Source: Camelus ferus
Taxonomy: Eukaryota
Assembly: GCF_009834535.1 (NCBI RefSeq)
Contig: NC_045696.1
Location: forward strand, 109,122,001 to 109,186,000
Direction: 5' to 3'
Length of the DNA: 64,000 bases
This document shows positions 49,592 through 62,645 of the stretch, piece by piece. The notes under the pieces are model-generated. The model had not been told where the DNA came from, made no database searches, and worked only from the letters and a program-made list of their open reading frames with translations. How positions within the stretch are numbered: the first letter of the stretch is position 1; each line of letters starts with the position of its first letter. The position numbers were made by a program, and so were the translations under genes.

Positions 49592-51224
49592 GTTCCCTGC
49601 CCCTAACCCAAACTTGACTTCAGCAGTGTTCCTTTCTTCTACCTTCTTGTTCAAACAAGAGGGAGAGGATCACCTTTCACCGACTTTCTCCCTTACCCCC
49701 ACTTCACCACATTTAACCCATCAGCATGATGCTGCCTCCAAAACATGCCTCTCTCCCTGGTTCACACCCCCAGCATCCCTCACCTGGATGACCGCCATAG
49801 CTTCACAATGGTTCTTCCTGTTCTGCCTTTGCCCCATTCAGTCTTCCCTCAACACAGCAACCAGAGAGATATTGATACACTATAGATCAGATCGTGTAGC
49901 TCTCTGCCCCTAACCTCTGACGGCTCTCATCTCAGAAAAGCAAAGTGTTTGTAATGGTCTACAAAGCTCTACATATCCTGCCCTCACTCCCCAACGTCTC
50001 TGACGTCAGTCCTAATACTCTGGCCCTCACACATTCTGCTCCAGCCACACTGCCCTCCTTACTGCTCCGCAAACACTGCCAAGCACACAGTGGCCTTAGG
50101 GCCTTTGCACTTGCTGTTCCCTCTACCTGGAATGCTGTTCCCCAAAACTCCTACACTGCTAGTGCTCTTGTTTACCTTCCCAGGAAAACTCCCCATGAAC
50201 TCCACCCTCTCCAAAACTTCACCCCTCATTCAAACTTTCAGATTCCCTACCTTATCATCATCAAACCAAAGATACAGTTTACTCATTTGTTTGCTTATTT
50301 TTCATCTCTAGTGGGGATGATGTACGCTCTGTGTATAATGACCATCCTAGTTTTCCTGGGACTGTCCTGATCTTAGCATTGAAATGACCATGTCCCAGGA
50401 AATTGCCGGAAGACTGGGATAGTAGGTTACCCACCAGGGCAGGGATTCTTTGTGCTTTGTTCGCTGCTCTGTTCTATTGCCTTGCACTCAACGAATCGCA
50501 CTTGAGGGAAAGGGTGAATGAATGAACAGCCAGAGTTGACATCCGGAAACTTACATCAGATGGCTTCTCTCCCATGCTAAACACTTCTCAGTGGCTCTAC
50601 ATGGCACTTCAAATGAACTGTATACTCCTGACCATGGCTGACAAAGCCTTCCTCTGCTGGCGCTCACCTGCAGTACCTTGCACCTTCTCTTCCTCCATTC
50701 TTATGAAGCTCTGGGCAGTCTGAATTCCTTCTAGTCTGTTCAAGTTCACCAGCCCTTTCCTATCTCTAGAACTTTGCTGTTGCTGTTTGCTTGGCCTAGA
50801 GTACGTCCCCATGGAGGCTCTGGCTCATCCTTGAAGTCTCAGTTCAAACAGGGTCCTCCGAGAGGACTTCCCAGGCTGCCTTACCAAGAAGCTTCCTCCA
50901 AGCCCTCCAGCTGCCCGCCCTGTTTGTTTCCTGAGTGCCACTCACCACTCATCACTAACTGTAATCACCCCTGTTTGTTTATTTGTTTTTCAGGACCTGT
51001 TTCCCACGACGGCCAGAGCTGAGTCTGCCTTGTTCTCTGTGGCAACACCACCGCCTAGAACACACTGAGTGATCTCCGGCACCTGCTGCCACAATGCCTG
51101 TAATCAGGAAAAGAGTATGGGGCATGGGAAAGATTTCATGCCCAGAGGGAGGGCTTAATTGGGAACCAAATGGGCATTATGAGCAATGAAGGAATGCTTT
51201 GGACCTTGTCAAGGGTGATACTAA

Positions 51225-51362
51225 TTGTAATAAAAATAATATACACCATTGAATGAGCACTTGACATGGGCCAGGCATGGTGCTAAGCACCTTGTACATA
51301 TCGCCTCCTCAAATCCCACAGCAACCTTATTATCATCTCCATTTTCAGGTAAGAGAACTGAG
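51225..51362 (-). mobile_element. MIR
   Basis: gccaggcatggtgctaagcac...ctccattttcagg. Confidence 0.75.
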
Positions 51363-51862
51363 TGTAAGAGACACTGTCTACCTAATATCCATTCTCCACT
51401 CTTCTCTTCTATTAGAACCCCAGCTTTGTGCTGGGTGATGGACCACAAAAATTCTATTCCCTGCAGACCCAGACTCCCTTACAACTAGGGATAGCCATGT
51501 GAGCCTATTCTGGACAATATAAAATAAGCAGGAGTCTACTAGGGGAGGAAGTATTCTGAGAAGTTTCTACTTCTCTCACATCCTTCTTCCTGCCTTAAGT
51601 GATGTGTTGTCTGGAGCCCTGGCAGCCATCTTGTGACCATGAGAAAACAAACCCAAGAGTGAAAACCATTAGGATAAGCATGGCAGATCAGGAAGAGAAA
51701 GCCCTTTGGTATTCTGGTTACATTGTTAACCATCTGAACCAACACAAGCAGCCACCTACCTCCAGGTGTCTTTGTTACGTAAGTGAAATAAACCTCTATT
51801 TTTCTAAGCCATCAGGAGCCAAATTCACTGTTACTGGCAACTGAAAATATTCCTAACTAATA
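51363..51862 (+). mobile_element. MLT1J-like MaLR LTR
   Basis: ggcagccatcttgtgaccatgag...gaaataaacc...taagcca...ttcctaactaata. Confidence 0.8.
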
Positions 51863-52169
51863 GACTGAAGCTCAGATAACTTTGGAAAGATTCAAATGTA
51901 GAGAGGAAGAATTCAGTCGGGAGGCTGACTGTGGAAGTCCAGGTGAGTAATTGCTGGAATGTATGTCCAGACTTTGTTGTAATGATTGAAACTAAACTAG
52001 AACCTGAATACATTGTTTTTGAGGCTATTTAAAAGAAAGCAGGCTAAAAAAAAAAAAAAAAAAAAGCCACATTCACGGCAGGATGTGATAGCAAAATTTC
52101 CAAAAATGACAGAAGGAAATCTACAGGGAAGGTTAGAAGTAAAAGATGCAAGATTTTGTCGTAGGAGAA

Positions 52170-52312
52170 GGTATACAATAGCTGACATCTTTTAGTTCTG
52201 TTGTGCTCCGGGCACTGTGTCTGCACCAGCCATATGGCCCTCCCAGTTGCCTTACAATGCAAGAATTACCATCTCCACATTACAGAGGAGGAAACTGAAG
52301 CTCAGGGAGGAA
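52170..52312 (-). mobile_element. MIR
   Basis: ttacagaggaggaaactgaagctcagggag. Confidence 0.65.
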
Positions 52313-52319
52313 GTAAAGG

Positions 52320-53880
52320 AAAATATCCAAGAGCTACAGATTCAAAGCAATCCTTATCAGAAGTTTGACAGGCCTTTAAAAAAATATAAATTGACAAGCT
52401 GATCCTAAAATTCACATGTAAGTACAAACAACCTAGAATAATATCTCAAGTTGGAGACTAACCCCTGATTTCAGAAATTATGATAAAGCTGTAGTAATAA
52501 AAACAACATAGTCCTGGTGCAAAGATAAACAAATAAATCAACGGAGTACAATAGAGAATCTGGAATCCAGAAGTAAATCTATGCATTTATGAACTGATTT
52601 TTGACAAAGGACAAAAGTACTGCAGTGGAGAAAGGGCAGACTTTTCAGGCTGGAATGGTGCTGGGACAATTGGATTTGTACATGCAAATGCAGACTCCGA
52701 AGAAGGAGAAAAAGGGATAGCTGGGAGAGGAAAGGACTTGGAGTCACTCTTTCCACCTTAATAAAAATCAGCTCCAGATGGAACACGGACTTTAACGTAA
52801 GAGCGAAAACTAGACAACCCTTAGAAGACTCCTAGGTGTAAACATAGAATAAATCTTCATGATTTTGTGTGAGTCACTGGTTTCTTAAATATAACACCAA
52901 AAGCACAATCCATTAAAAAATAAGTGGATAAATTTGACTTTATCAAACTCTCGATCTTCTGCTCTTCAAAAGACACTGTTAAGAGCAGGAAAAGACAAGC
53001 CACAGACTGGAAGAAAACATTGGCCAAGCATATGTCTGATAAAGTACTTGTATCCAGAATATATAAAAAATCCTCAAACTCAACAACAACAAAAAAATAA
53101 AGAACCCAATTTTAGAAAGGGAGAGGGGGCAGGATATTCGAATAGACACTTCACAAGAAGACATACAGTTGGCAAATAAACTCGTGAAAAGATACTCCAC
53201 AGCAACAGTCATGAAGGAAATTCAAATGAAAATCACAATGAGAATGGCTAAAATTAAAGAGACCTGCCATACCAACGTTAATGAGGATGCAGAGGAAGTG
53301 ATACTCTCATACGCTATGGGGAAGAAAGTTCAATAGTACAACTGCTTTGGAAAACAGTTTGGGCAGTCTCTTTAAAAGTTAGACATACACCTGCCAGATT
53401 AACCAGCCACTCCTCTCTTAGGTGACCACCCAGGAGAAAAGGAAACACAAGTTCATACGAACATTGGCCACAAATGTTCATAGCAGCTTTATTTGTAATA
53501 AAGCTGGGGGGAAGAAAGATAAAAGTGCACTAGAAGATGCATGGATAAACAAAGTGGGGCACATCCATATAATAGAATACAACCTAGAATAAAGGGAAAT
53601 GAACCAGTGAGACACACAACAGCTGGATGATCTCAATGGCATTATGCTGAGTGAAATAAACCAGACAAAAAAAGGTGTATCAGATCAGTGGTTGCCGGGG
53701 GTCGGGGGTGGGGGTGGGGAGGTGGCTATAAAAGGCATAAGGAAACTTTAGGGGTGATTGGATATGTTTACTAGCTTGACGGTGGTAATGATTTCATGGT
53801 GCGTATATGAAGCCAAAATTTATAACACATTGTAGTTTATTATAGGCCAAGGATACCTCAACAAAACTGTGTTTTAAAAA
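52320..53880 (+). mobile_element. Old L1M ORF2 3' part + 3'UTR
   Basis: gctgatcctaaaattcac; aatagacacttcacaagaag; cagatcagtggttgcc; G-rich tract 53697-53719. Confidence 0.88.
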
Positions 53881-54634
53881 TGCCCAAAAGCACGCACGGG
53901 GTCAGCAGAGAAGCCCTGGCTAGATCGCTGGGGCTCGAGCGCCCAGCTCACTCCTTCCCAATGGCTGCCCCCAGATGGCCAGCATCTGTTGGCAGGAGTT
54001 ATGTGTGTGAAAACTACGGCTGGAATAGCTGGAATTCTTCATATAAATTCCAGGAAATCCAGGGACTTCTGGGCACCATATGAAAACATAAGAGGGAAAA
54101 AAATGGCTCATTTTCTCAGAAAAGTGAAGCATATTTTATGAGGTCATGGAGTCTCTGTAACACCAACAACCCTTTTCCTTGGTGCTTGTTGGGCCTGGGA
54201 CTGGTTGTGGGGAAGAGAAATCCCCAGCTCTGCCTGCCCTTTCCAGCTGGGCTTCATGCGGAGGCGGTCTTGGTGCCCATCAGGGCTGGCAGGAGGGAAC
54301 TAAGGAGAGGAGGCTCCTAAGGGCATCTGGGGAGGCTGGGAGGTGGTGGGGCGCTGGTGCAGGGATCCCGGCCAAACTCGGAGACGTGGGAAGTGAGGCT
54401 GCTGGCAGACACCTGTGTGACCCTGAGGGAAGCATGTCACCTGTGACTTGCCCTGGCACCCTGACTAAGGTGAGGGCTGTTCCCACAAGAGCAAGCTCTT
54501 CTCTGCAGGTAAAGACACACGCATATGCCATGCAGCTGCCCTGGCTGTGAGCAAGGTAGCAGATCGTGACCCCCATCCTCCCAACCAAATCAAACTCCTT
54601 ATCAGCCAAGCTTATCACTTTGTAACACAGCCTT

Positions 54635-54810
54635 TTGCATTCAACAGATACTGAGTGTCTGCCACGTGCCAGGTGCTCTTGTAGCCTCTGGGAACGCCGG
54701 CCCTCACGGAGCTTTCATTCCAGTGGGGAGAACAGACTATATGCAAGGCAAGTAAGTGAACATGCAAATGTGGTTGCAAGTGCAGTGGAGAAAAATGAAC
54801 AAGACAAGAG
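54635..54810 (-). mobile_element. L2 3' end
   Basis: cattcaacagatactgagtg...gtgccagg...ccctcacggagctttcattccagtgggg. Confidence 0.7.
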
Positions 54811-55276
54811 ACAAGGAGAGAGGAGAGGGAGGCGGGAGGAGCTGGGAGAGGAAGGGGCAGAGTCACTCAGAAACTCCAGCATGACCTGCCCTTTTCTCTC
54901 CTTTGATGGTCCCCCCGCCTCCATCTTAGAGCAGAAGAGCAGATCACAAAAATCAGGGGGAACTTTGTTGTTCCCCCAACAGCTGTATCCAAAGCCCACT
55001 CATATTCTCAGCAGCATCTCCTGAACAGGAAGAGGGCATCGTGTCAGCCCCTCATCACGGCCCCATCACAGGCCCATCACAGGGCTAGGGGATGAGCTAA
55101 GTACCCCCAGAACTCAGTACTTTCCTCATCTCTCTGCCAGGACTTGTCCCGCTAATCCCACCCCCTAAACTCAGGAAGGCCATGGCCCACCCGCAGACCC
55201 TCACTGTTTTCCGAGTTTTTACCACGTACCCGTACCTTCCGTTTACTCAGGCCTCTTTCTCTGTCTGTGATCATAA

Positions 55277-55748
55277 TGTTACTGAAGGCAAGTCCATGAG
55301 CCCAATGCACCATGAGGCCAAACAAACTGAAACGCCAGAGTCTGGCATAGAGAAAGGTTTATTGCAGGGCCGAGCAAGGAGGATGGGGTGGCTCACGCTC
55401 AAGGAAACCCGGAGCTCCCGGAAGGGTTTCAGCAAAGCATATTTAAAGGCCAGATAAGGGAGAGGGAGGAAGGTACGTGATCAGCTCATGCACAATTCTC
55501 TGATTGATGTGGAGGTAACAGGGTGGTCAACACTGTCAACCCCTAGGTGCCAAAAGTGCTTGGGGCCACATGCTCTCGATCGATCGAGTAGTTAATTTCT
55601 TCCCTTTGGTGGTGGTTTTTAGCACCTGAAAAGCTCAGGAAATATACATGAGATACTGTTATCTGGGAACTTCAGAGAGGAGCTGCAGCAGAGGATACGG
55701 GGGAGAGATCTGTCCCGGGGAGGCCACACAGGGTCCTACTCGGTTACA
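55277..55748 (-). mobile_element. ERV1-class solo LTR
   Basis: tgttac...gttaca ends; minus-strand AATAAA (~55358) and TATA-like box (~55440); degenerate 4-bp TSD ataa/gtga. Confidence 0.8.
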
Positions 55749-56544
55749 GTGACACACAAATTCTGTGCCTTTTCTCCCATGCTGCTCCTCACCTAGGATG
55801 CCCTCCTCCTGTTCAAACATTCTTCATACTCAAAAGTGAAGTTCTAACCTACCTATTTCCAGAACCCCTCTCTGCCCACATCAGCCCAATGAAGCCCCTT
55901 TTCTTGAGTTCCAACAGCACACAGCATCTGAGCCTCATAACTGAGGCCACATTGTCTCTGTGTTTCACTGTTATCCCCTCCTGTTAGTCTGGTCCCTCCA
56001 ACCACCTTGAATCTTCCTCCCTGAGGGCATACTCGTGCTGAGTGCACAAAAGTTACACCACAGATATGGCTCATTTCTCCCTTAAAAACAAGGCTCGGCT
56101 TTGTCCAAATTTCCCCTTCTCCATTGGAGAAATGAAAACCGTTTGGAAAATTCCACCACGGGAGTGTTCAGTCTTATTTGAGTTGTGCAAGTGGAAAAAA
56201 ATGTGCTTTTCCCAAAATTAACAAATTCCCCCAGCTTTTCCTCTGAAAGCATTTCACAAACCTCTGAGCCCAGTGTGTAAGCTCTCCAGTTTCTTCATTT
56301 CTCTTAAAGAATGAATTGCCCTTCTGTTTGTATGTTGTATGCACACGTGCACTTGTGAGTGAATGAGGAGGTGGCATCTGGGTAGAAGGTAACTGGTATT
56401 GAAAATGAAGCAAGTGACAGGTGGAGACTGGGGAGCCCTTTGACGCCCAGATCCCTGGCTTTCCAGTGTGCTCAAGAGACAAGCTCTTAACAGCAACAGC
56501 AGTGTGCCCCCTCCTGTCTTTACTCTCCCTCTGCGTTCATCCAA

Positions 56545-57545
56545 ATTCATTCATTCATTCATTCATTCAACAAACACTAATTGAAAGTCAGTTGTGATTG
56601 CCAGTTTCTAAGATGGCGCCCTTGAAACTAATATAACAGTGTATATCAACTATACTTCAATAAAAAGTAAAAAGGAAAAAAAATTTTTTAAATGGCTCCC
56701 AATGATCCCATTTCCTGGTTACTATATTCTCGTGTAATCCCCTTCCCTTGAGTGTGCACTGGGCCTAGTAACTTTCTTCTAATGAATAGAATGCAGCAAA
56801 GGTGATGGGAAATCACATCCAACATTAGTTTACAAAAGGTAGTAGTTTCCACCTTGCTCATGATGTCTGTGGTTCTCGGTGTTTACACATTCTGATGAGG
56901 TCAGCTGCCATGTTGTGAGATGTCCAATGAGGGCAGACTCTGGCCAACAGCCAATGAGGAACAGAGGCCCTCAGTCCAACAGCCTGCAAGACACTGAATC
57001 CTGCCAGCAACCCTATGAACCGGAAACAGATCCTCCCCACTCGAGTCTTCAGATAAGGCTGCAGCCACAGCTGACACTTGGACGGCAGCCTTGTGAGGGG
57101 TGCAGAACCAGAGGATCCAGCCAAGCTGCATCCAGATTCCTGACCACCGTAACTGTAAGATAGTAAATGTCATTTTAAGCCACTGAATTTGGGGTGATTT
57201 CTTATGAAGCAATAAATAATTCATATACCAATGAGGTACCAAGCAGCGTTCTTGGTCCTGGGACATAGCAGGGGACAAAACATCCACACACCTCTGCCCT
57301 CGTGAAGCTGACAGTCTAGTGAGTGGAGGCAGATGATAAGTGAGGCCTGGTGACAGGGAAAAACAAAGCAGTGAAGGGAAACGGGAAATTGCCAGGGTTT
57401 CAGGTGGGTGGTGAGTCAGGGTGACAGTGGTAGTAAGCTATTTGGAAAGGCTTCTCTGAGGAGGTGGCATTTGAGCAGAGACCGGCAGTGAGAGCATGAG
57501 CCGTGGGCTATGTTGGCGGAAAGTACTCCTTACAGAGGGAACCAT
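56545..57545 (-). mobile_element. L2 3' end split by an MLT1 LTR
   Basis: (ttca)n-acaaac terminus at ~56545-56580; resumes at ~57230 (tctgccctcgtgaagctgacagtctag). Confidence 0.75.
56593..57228 (+). mobile_element. MLT1F-like LTR containing a ~68-bp L1 3' tip (56622-56689)
   Basis: gtgtaatccccttcccttgagtgtg; cagctgccatgttgtgag; ttttaagccactgaatttgggg. The tip is flanked by agatggcgccc/aaatggctccc. Confidence 0.85.
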
Positions 57546-58539
57546 GTAGAATGTGTTTTTGTTTTGCTCGGCAAAATAAAATTTAGAGAAGGAAAGGCTT
57601 TCTGCCTCTCTTTTTAGCCTGTAGAGAAATAACTAAACATGGGCAGCCCACTAGAAAAGCATTCCAAATTTCCTTCGGCTCCAGAGAGAGCCGCAGGCCC
57701 AGACAGAGGTCAGCTGTGCTTCTGTTTTGTTTCTTGTGTCCTCAACATAGATGGTTACTCACCTTGGCAGGTGGGGCTTCTGTGATTTTGTGGGGAGGAA
57801 GGAGGCTACTGAATGTCTCTCCAACCTGCCCTCCGCCCTGGTGTTGCTTTTCTGCTTGACTCGGAGTATAGGATGCAAGAATTGGGTGTCTGGGACCCCA
57901 GGCCAGGATACCATCTGGAGACTTGAACTGCCCAAGTCACTGTGAGATCCTTGGGGGCAGCCACTGATTCACACTGGATCAGACCCCCTCAGGGTCTAAT
58001 ACACCCAGCATGAGCCACTTTGGCTGCTGAGAGTTGGCCAGAGACGGGACACTGAGGACCACTCACTTCCATCCACACAGGCCTTGGGCTTATTGGGCAA
58101 ATTCCAGGGGAGAGCAGTTTACGAAATAGTTTTGCTTGGCCTTGTGGAGAAAGTAAGCCTGATAAAGTTACCTATCATGTATGAGAGTGGACGTCTGGCG
58201 GACTCAGTGGCCCTCCTTCCCCATCTCACCTGACCAGAGTAAGGCTGGACACCAGAGCTGCTCCATGGAGATCCTGATCTGTAAGATGAGGTACCAAGAA
58301 CAGGTCTCCTTCCGAAATCTGACCAGAGCCAGATCTGATCCTTTGGCCCAAGTCAGAATCAAATCCCTCCCTCTGGCTTCTGTCAAACACTGCCTTTACT
58401 GGTGCCTCTGGCACCCAAGAAAGATGGGGCGAACTTTTGACACAGCCCATGTTATCTAGAAGGACAGCCTGGCTGTACCAGGGCCTTCTCTTGGCAGCCA
58501 AGAGTGCACTGCTCCTCCAGACAGGGAGGGAGGGAGGAT

Positions 58540-59104
58540 GAAACAAAGACTTCCAACCAATAAAATGGAGAGCTTTTGTCACCAGCAAACCCCCATTAAG
58601 GGAACACTTCGAGAGCAAAAGGAAAATGACCCCAAGTAGAAGCACAGAGATGAAGGAAGGAATAGAGAGCAATGAAGAGGATAAATATATGGTAAAACTA
58701 AATGAATATTGATTATATATAAGAAAAGAATAATAATGACTTGTGAGGTTTGAAATATATGTGGAATTAAAATACAGCACAAAAGATGGGAGGGGGGTAA
58801 TGGAGTTAAATTGTTCTAAGATCTTTGCAATGTCCTGGAAATGGTAAAAGTATTCTTTTTTTTTAACTTTAATAAATCAAGGTACATATTGTAATTGCTA
58901 GGGTGATCACTAAAAACTAATCAAAGAATATATAATTAGTAAGTTAAATGAGATAGAGTAATAAAAAGTGCTTAGAAAGTAAGGAAGGAGGGAAAAAAAA
59001 CAAAAAACAAGTGAAACAAATGAAACACTAATAGTGAGATGATGGATTTAAACTCAAAGATACTAGTAATTTTATTAAATATAAATAGCTAAATGCTCCA
59101 ATTA
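58540..59104 (+). mobile_element. Old L1M ORF1-end/inter-ORF fragment
   Basis: Resembles 19.9-20.4 kb of the large L1 (tgtcaccagcaaac; catattgtaattgctaggg). Confidence 0.7.
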
Positions 59105-59392
59105 CCTCAGATGATTGCAGCCCCACCATCTTGACGGCAGCCTCAAGAGAAACCCTGTGCAGCCAAACCTCTTTCTCGTACATAACATTTCATTAAATGC
59201 TCACAACAGACCTTTGAGGTGAATCTTATCCCTAGACAGTGTCTGGCACATAGTAGATTTGTGTATTAGTGTCGACTAGGCAGCAATAATAAATCAACCC
59301 CCACATTGCAAGGGCTTAATAAACAAGAAATGTATTCTATCCTCACAAAAGTTCCAGAGGGTTTTGCATGTAGTGTGAAAATCCAATGATTA

Positions 59393-59973
59393 TTACCTCA
59401 GTCAGGGTTCTCCAGAGAAATCAGTAAATCGTGAGTGTGTGTGTGTGTGTGTGTGTGGAGAGAGAGCTATTGTAAGGAATTGACTAACACAATTGCGGTG
59501 GGCTGGCAAGTCCAAAATCTGTATAGGGTAGGCTGGCAGATTGGAAATTCTAGTAAGATTTGATGTTGTGCCTTGAGTCTGCAGGCAGTCTGGAATTCAG
59601 AATTCTTTCCTTTTCTGGGGATCTCAATCTTTTCTCTTAAGGCCTTCAACCAATTCAACGAGGCCCATTTACGTAATGGAAAGAAATCTGCTTTACTCAA
59701 ATGTTAACCACATCTTCTTTGTTTGTTTGTTTGTTTTGGTGTTTTTTTTGGGGGGGGTAGGGTAATTAGGCTTATTTATTTATTTATTTTTAATGGAGGT
59801 ACTGGGGATTGAACCCAGGACCTCGTGCGTGCTAAGCATGTGCTCTACCACTTAAGCCATGAGTTCCCTGCCACCACATCTTAAAAATACCCTCACAGCA
59901 TCTAGACTGGTGTCTGACGCAACAACTGGGCACCAGAGTCTAGCCAAGTTAACACATGAAATTAACTATCACA
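59393..59973 (-). mobile_element. MLT2C/D-like (ERVL) LTR
   Basis: agtcagggttctccagagaaa...(GT)n...ccaagttaacacatgaaattaactatcaca. Confidence 0.85.
59717..59872 (-). mobile_element. Vic-1-like SINE inside the MLT2
   Basis: ggaggtactggggattgaacccagg; TSD accacatctt at 59707-59716 and 59873-59882. Confidence 0.92.
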
Positions 59974-60589
59974 GCTACTGTTCTCTTTTTGAAAAGCTAA
60001 TTAGCTTAAGTTGCCTTTTATATCAATGGAGGATTATACGGATTCTTTTTCTGTGCATTAAAAACAAACATTTTGGGGGGGAAATATGCTGCCATTTGCT
60101 TGGCTGAGGAGGGGGCATTGGTAAAAAATGCCAAACATTTTATTGTGTGTTTTTTATTTATTCTGCTTGTGTATTACTGGGCTGCTGCCTCCTTACAGAC
60201 ACCTCATATCCCACAGGCACACCCCACTCATCTCCAGACACACACTCACCCTATGATCAGACGTCTGCATTGGAAAGCACGGGACACAGCCCAAGCAGGC
60301 CTCTGTGTAACCTACACTGGCATGCTGCCAACCTCTGCACGTTCTTGAGGCACCTATGGACTTGCCAAGAACTGAGGGCGCTGGTGTTTAACAGAACCAG
60401 CTTCCCGGACTTCAACTTACCTGTACAACCTCTTAAAACTGGTCTACCTGTGAGTCCTGGGCTGGAGATCTCCTGCTGGGCTCCTTCCCTTCCTCCCCTC
60501 TCACCCTCACCCTCTCCACGGGGGCAAAGGAGTCTCACTCAAGTGCATTGTCCCCGGGGTCAGAACCCCAAACAATAAGACCCATAACA

Positions 60590-61198
60590 CACACTCCATC
60601 TGTAACACTGAGAAATAAATTTCCAATAAAATATTACTTTGTTTAATAATTATTTGTCAAAATGTGTAACATGCTTTGTTTTTATCAATTGTATGTGAAT
60701 AATAATTGTCATACAACTTAATTCAGAATAGAAATGTTTACTTTCTAGAGCTTTACAATCACAGAAAATGTTTACATGTTTAAAATGTTTTCATTTCTAT
60801 TTTCATTGAAGAGAAGTATGATGAAGGATCATTAAAAGACTTTCTAGCATAAAAATATATTAGAAGAGCAAAAAATTCTTTAGGAAAGAGGATAGAAATA
60901 TAATTTCAGGAAGAAAAGAGCTAACTAGAATTTCTGATTTTTAAAAAAAGGATCTTCCATGTAATTAATTTTCCTAAAGCATGTTGGTAGGTATTAAAGT
61001 GTGGTAACACTTAGATCCAGTATGATAATTTAAAAGAGCAAATGAGCCATCTTATTTTTAAATGTCATTTTTATTGAAAATCACACCATTTGGAACTATT
61101 TAAACTTCTGATATAAATGTTAACTTTTAAGTATGCTAGAGAGTAAAAAAATGTTCAAAAGTGTTGGGTGTATGTGAGAAAATATTTCATGACCACTG
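60590..61198. mobile_element. hAT-Charlie (Charlie7-like) fragment
   Basis: Sharp AT-rich block ending gtatgtgagaaaatatttcatgaccactg, a Charlie-type terminus. Confidence 0.55.
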
Positions 61199-61374
61199 GC
61201 CTACAGAATCCCTACACATATTGAATGGAGCCCACCAGCCTCTCCTAGGCCCACAGTCGAGTGGCCTGGCACCAAGTCATCTGTCAAGTTTATCAGCAGT
61301 GGCCATGGTATCTGTACGGTGGCTTTCCCTTCATCTTCATGCTCAGAAGAGTGGGCTTCCCCTAGGAAACCATA

Positions 61375-61548
61375 GCCCAGTGTGTGCCAGGCAAGGCCAG
61401 GCACTTCTCACCTTACAGTGAATTGATTCTCATAACAAATCTGTGACTAAATACCATTTTTATTCTTATTTTACACATGAGGAAACCAAGGCTTGGAGAA
61501 GTTAAGTCACTTGTTCAAGGTCACCCAGAAAGTATGTGGTTAATCTCC
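61375..61548 (-). mobile_element. MIR
   Basis: atgaggaaaccaaggcttggagaagttaagtcacttgttcaaggtcac. Confidence 0.8.
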
Positions 61549-61549
61549 A

Positions 61550-62645
61550 ACTCAAAAGGAAAGGCAAGCCACAGACTGGAAGAAAATATTTGCAAACCGT
61601 ATCTCAGAAAAGACTTGTATCCAGCAGGGTGGGTACAGCTCAGTGGTAGAGTGTATGCTTAGCAGGCATGAGATCCTGGGTTCAATCCCCAGTACCTCCA
61701 TTAAAACAAATAAATAAGCCTAATTATCTCCCCATTCCAAAAAAAATTTTTTTAAAACAAAAAAAATTTTTAAAGACTTGTATACAGAATATATAAAGAA
61801 CTCTTACAATTCAATAAAAAGAAGACAGTTTTTTAAATGGGCAAAACATTTGAACAGACACTTTATAAAAGATGTATGCGTGGCAAATAAGCACATGAAA
61901 AGATGATCAACATCACCATTCATCAGAGAGTAACAAACTAAAACCATGATGAGGCACCATTATGAATCCACTAGAGTGGGTAAAATTTAAAAGGTTGACA
62001 ATAACAAGTGCTGACAGATGTGGAGCAACTGGACATACCCCTACATCAGTGGTGGGGATGTAAAATGGTTCACCGCTTAGTAAAACATTGTGGTGGTATC
62101 TTATAAAGTGAAGCCCACACTTTCCACATACCCAGCAATTTCATTCCTAGCTGTTCACCCAAGAGAAATAAAAATGTGTGTCCACACAAAGACTTGTACA
62201 TGAATATTCACAGCAAATTTATTTATAATGACCCCCAGACTGGAAACTACCCAAATATCCACCAACTGAGAAAGGACAAACTGTGGTACATCTCTACCCA
62301 GAAATACTGCTCATCTTTTAAAAAGGAATGGAATATTAACACAGGCAACAAATTAAAAGACTCTGAAAAGAAAAATGCTAACTGGAAGAAATCAAGCTAT
62401 GTATCAAAGGCTACTTATTGTAAGACTAATGATTCTATTTTTATAAAATTCTAGAAAAGGCGAAACTATAGTGACAGAAAGCATACCTGTGGTTACTTGG
62501 GGCTGAGAATCAAGGGAGGAAATTACCTGCAAATCAGCGCAAGGAAACTCTTTAAAGAGACGGAAAAGATCTAAATCTTTATTGTGACTGTGGTTACACA
62601 GCTAGACAGAATTACCAAAATTCATCAAACTGTGCTTTAAACTCT
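61550..62645 (+). mobile_element. Old L1M ORF2 end + 3'UTR
   Basis: aagcacatgaaaagatg; gtgtccacacaaagacttgtac; aaactatagtgacagaaagca. Confidence 0.88.
61625..61771 (+). mobile_element. Vic-1-like SINE inside the L1
   Basis: TSD aaagacttgtatccag 61609-61624 / aaagacttgtatacag 61772-61787. Confidence 0.92.

Larger units (their letters stand above)
48780..51070 (+). mobile_element. L2 fragments (two 3' ends), interrupted by an ERV1 LTR and a small hAT MITE (~50335-50432)
   Basis: ctcaacacagcaaccagag; gggcctttgcacttgctgttccctctacctggaatgc; gaatgaatgaa terminus at ~50526. Confidence 0.8.

Noticed and set aside
53697..53719. Strong G-quadruplex motif
   Set aside because: It is the ordinary G-rich tract of an L1 3'UTR.
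9200..61771. tRNA-Ala(AGC)-like sequences as real tRNA genes
   Set aside because: All have A-rich tails, TSDs and stem-breaking substitutions, so they are SINE copies.
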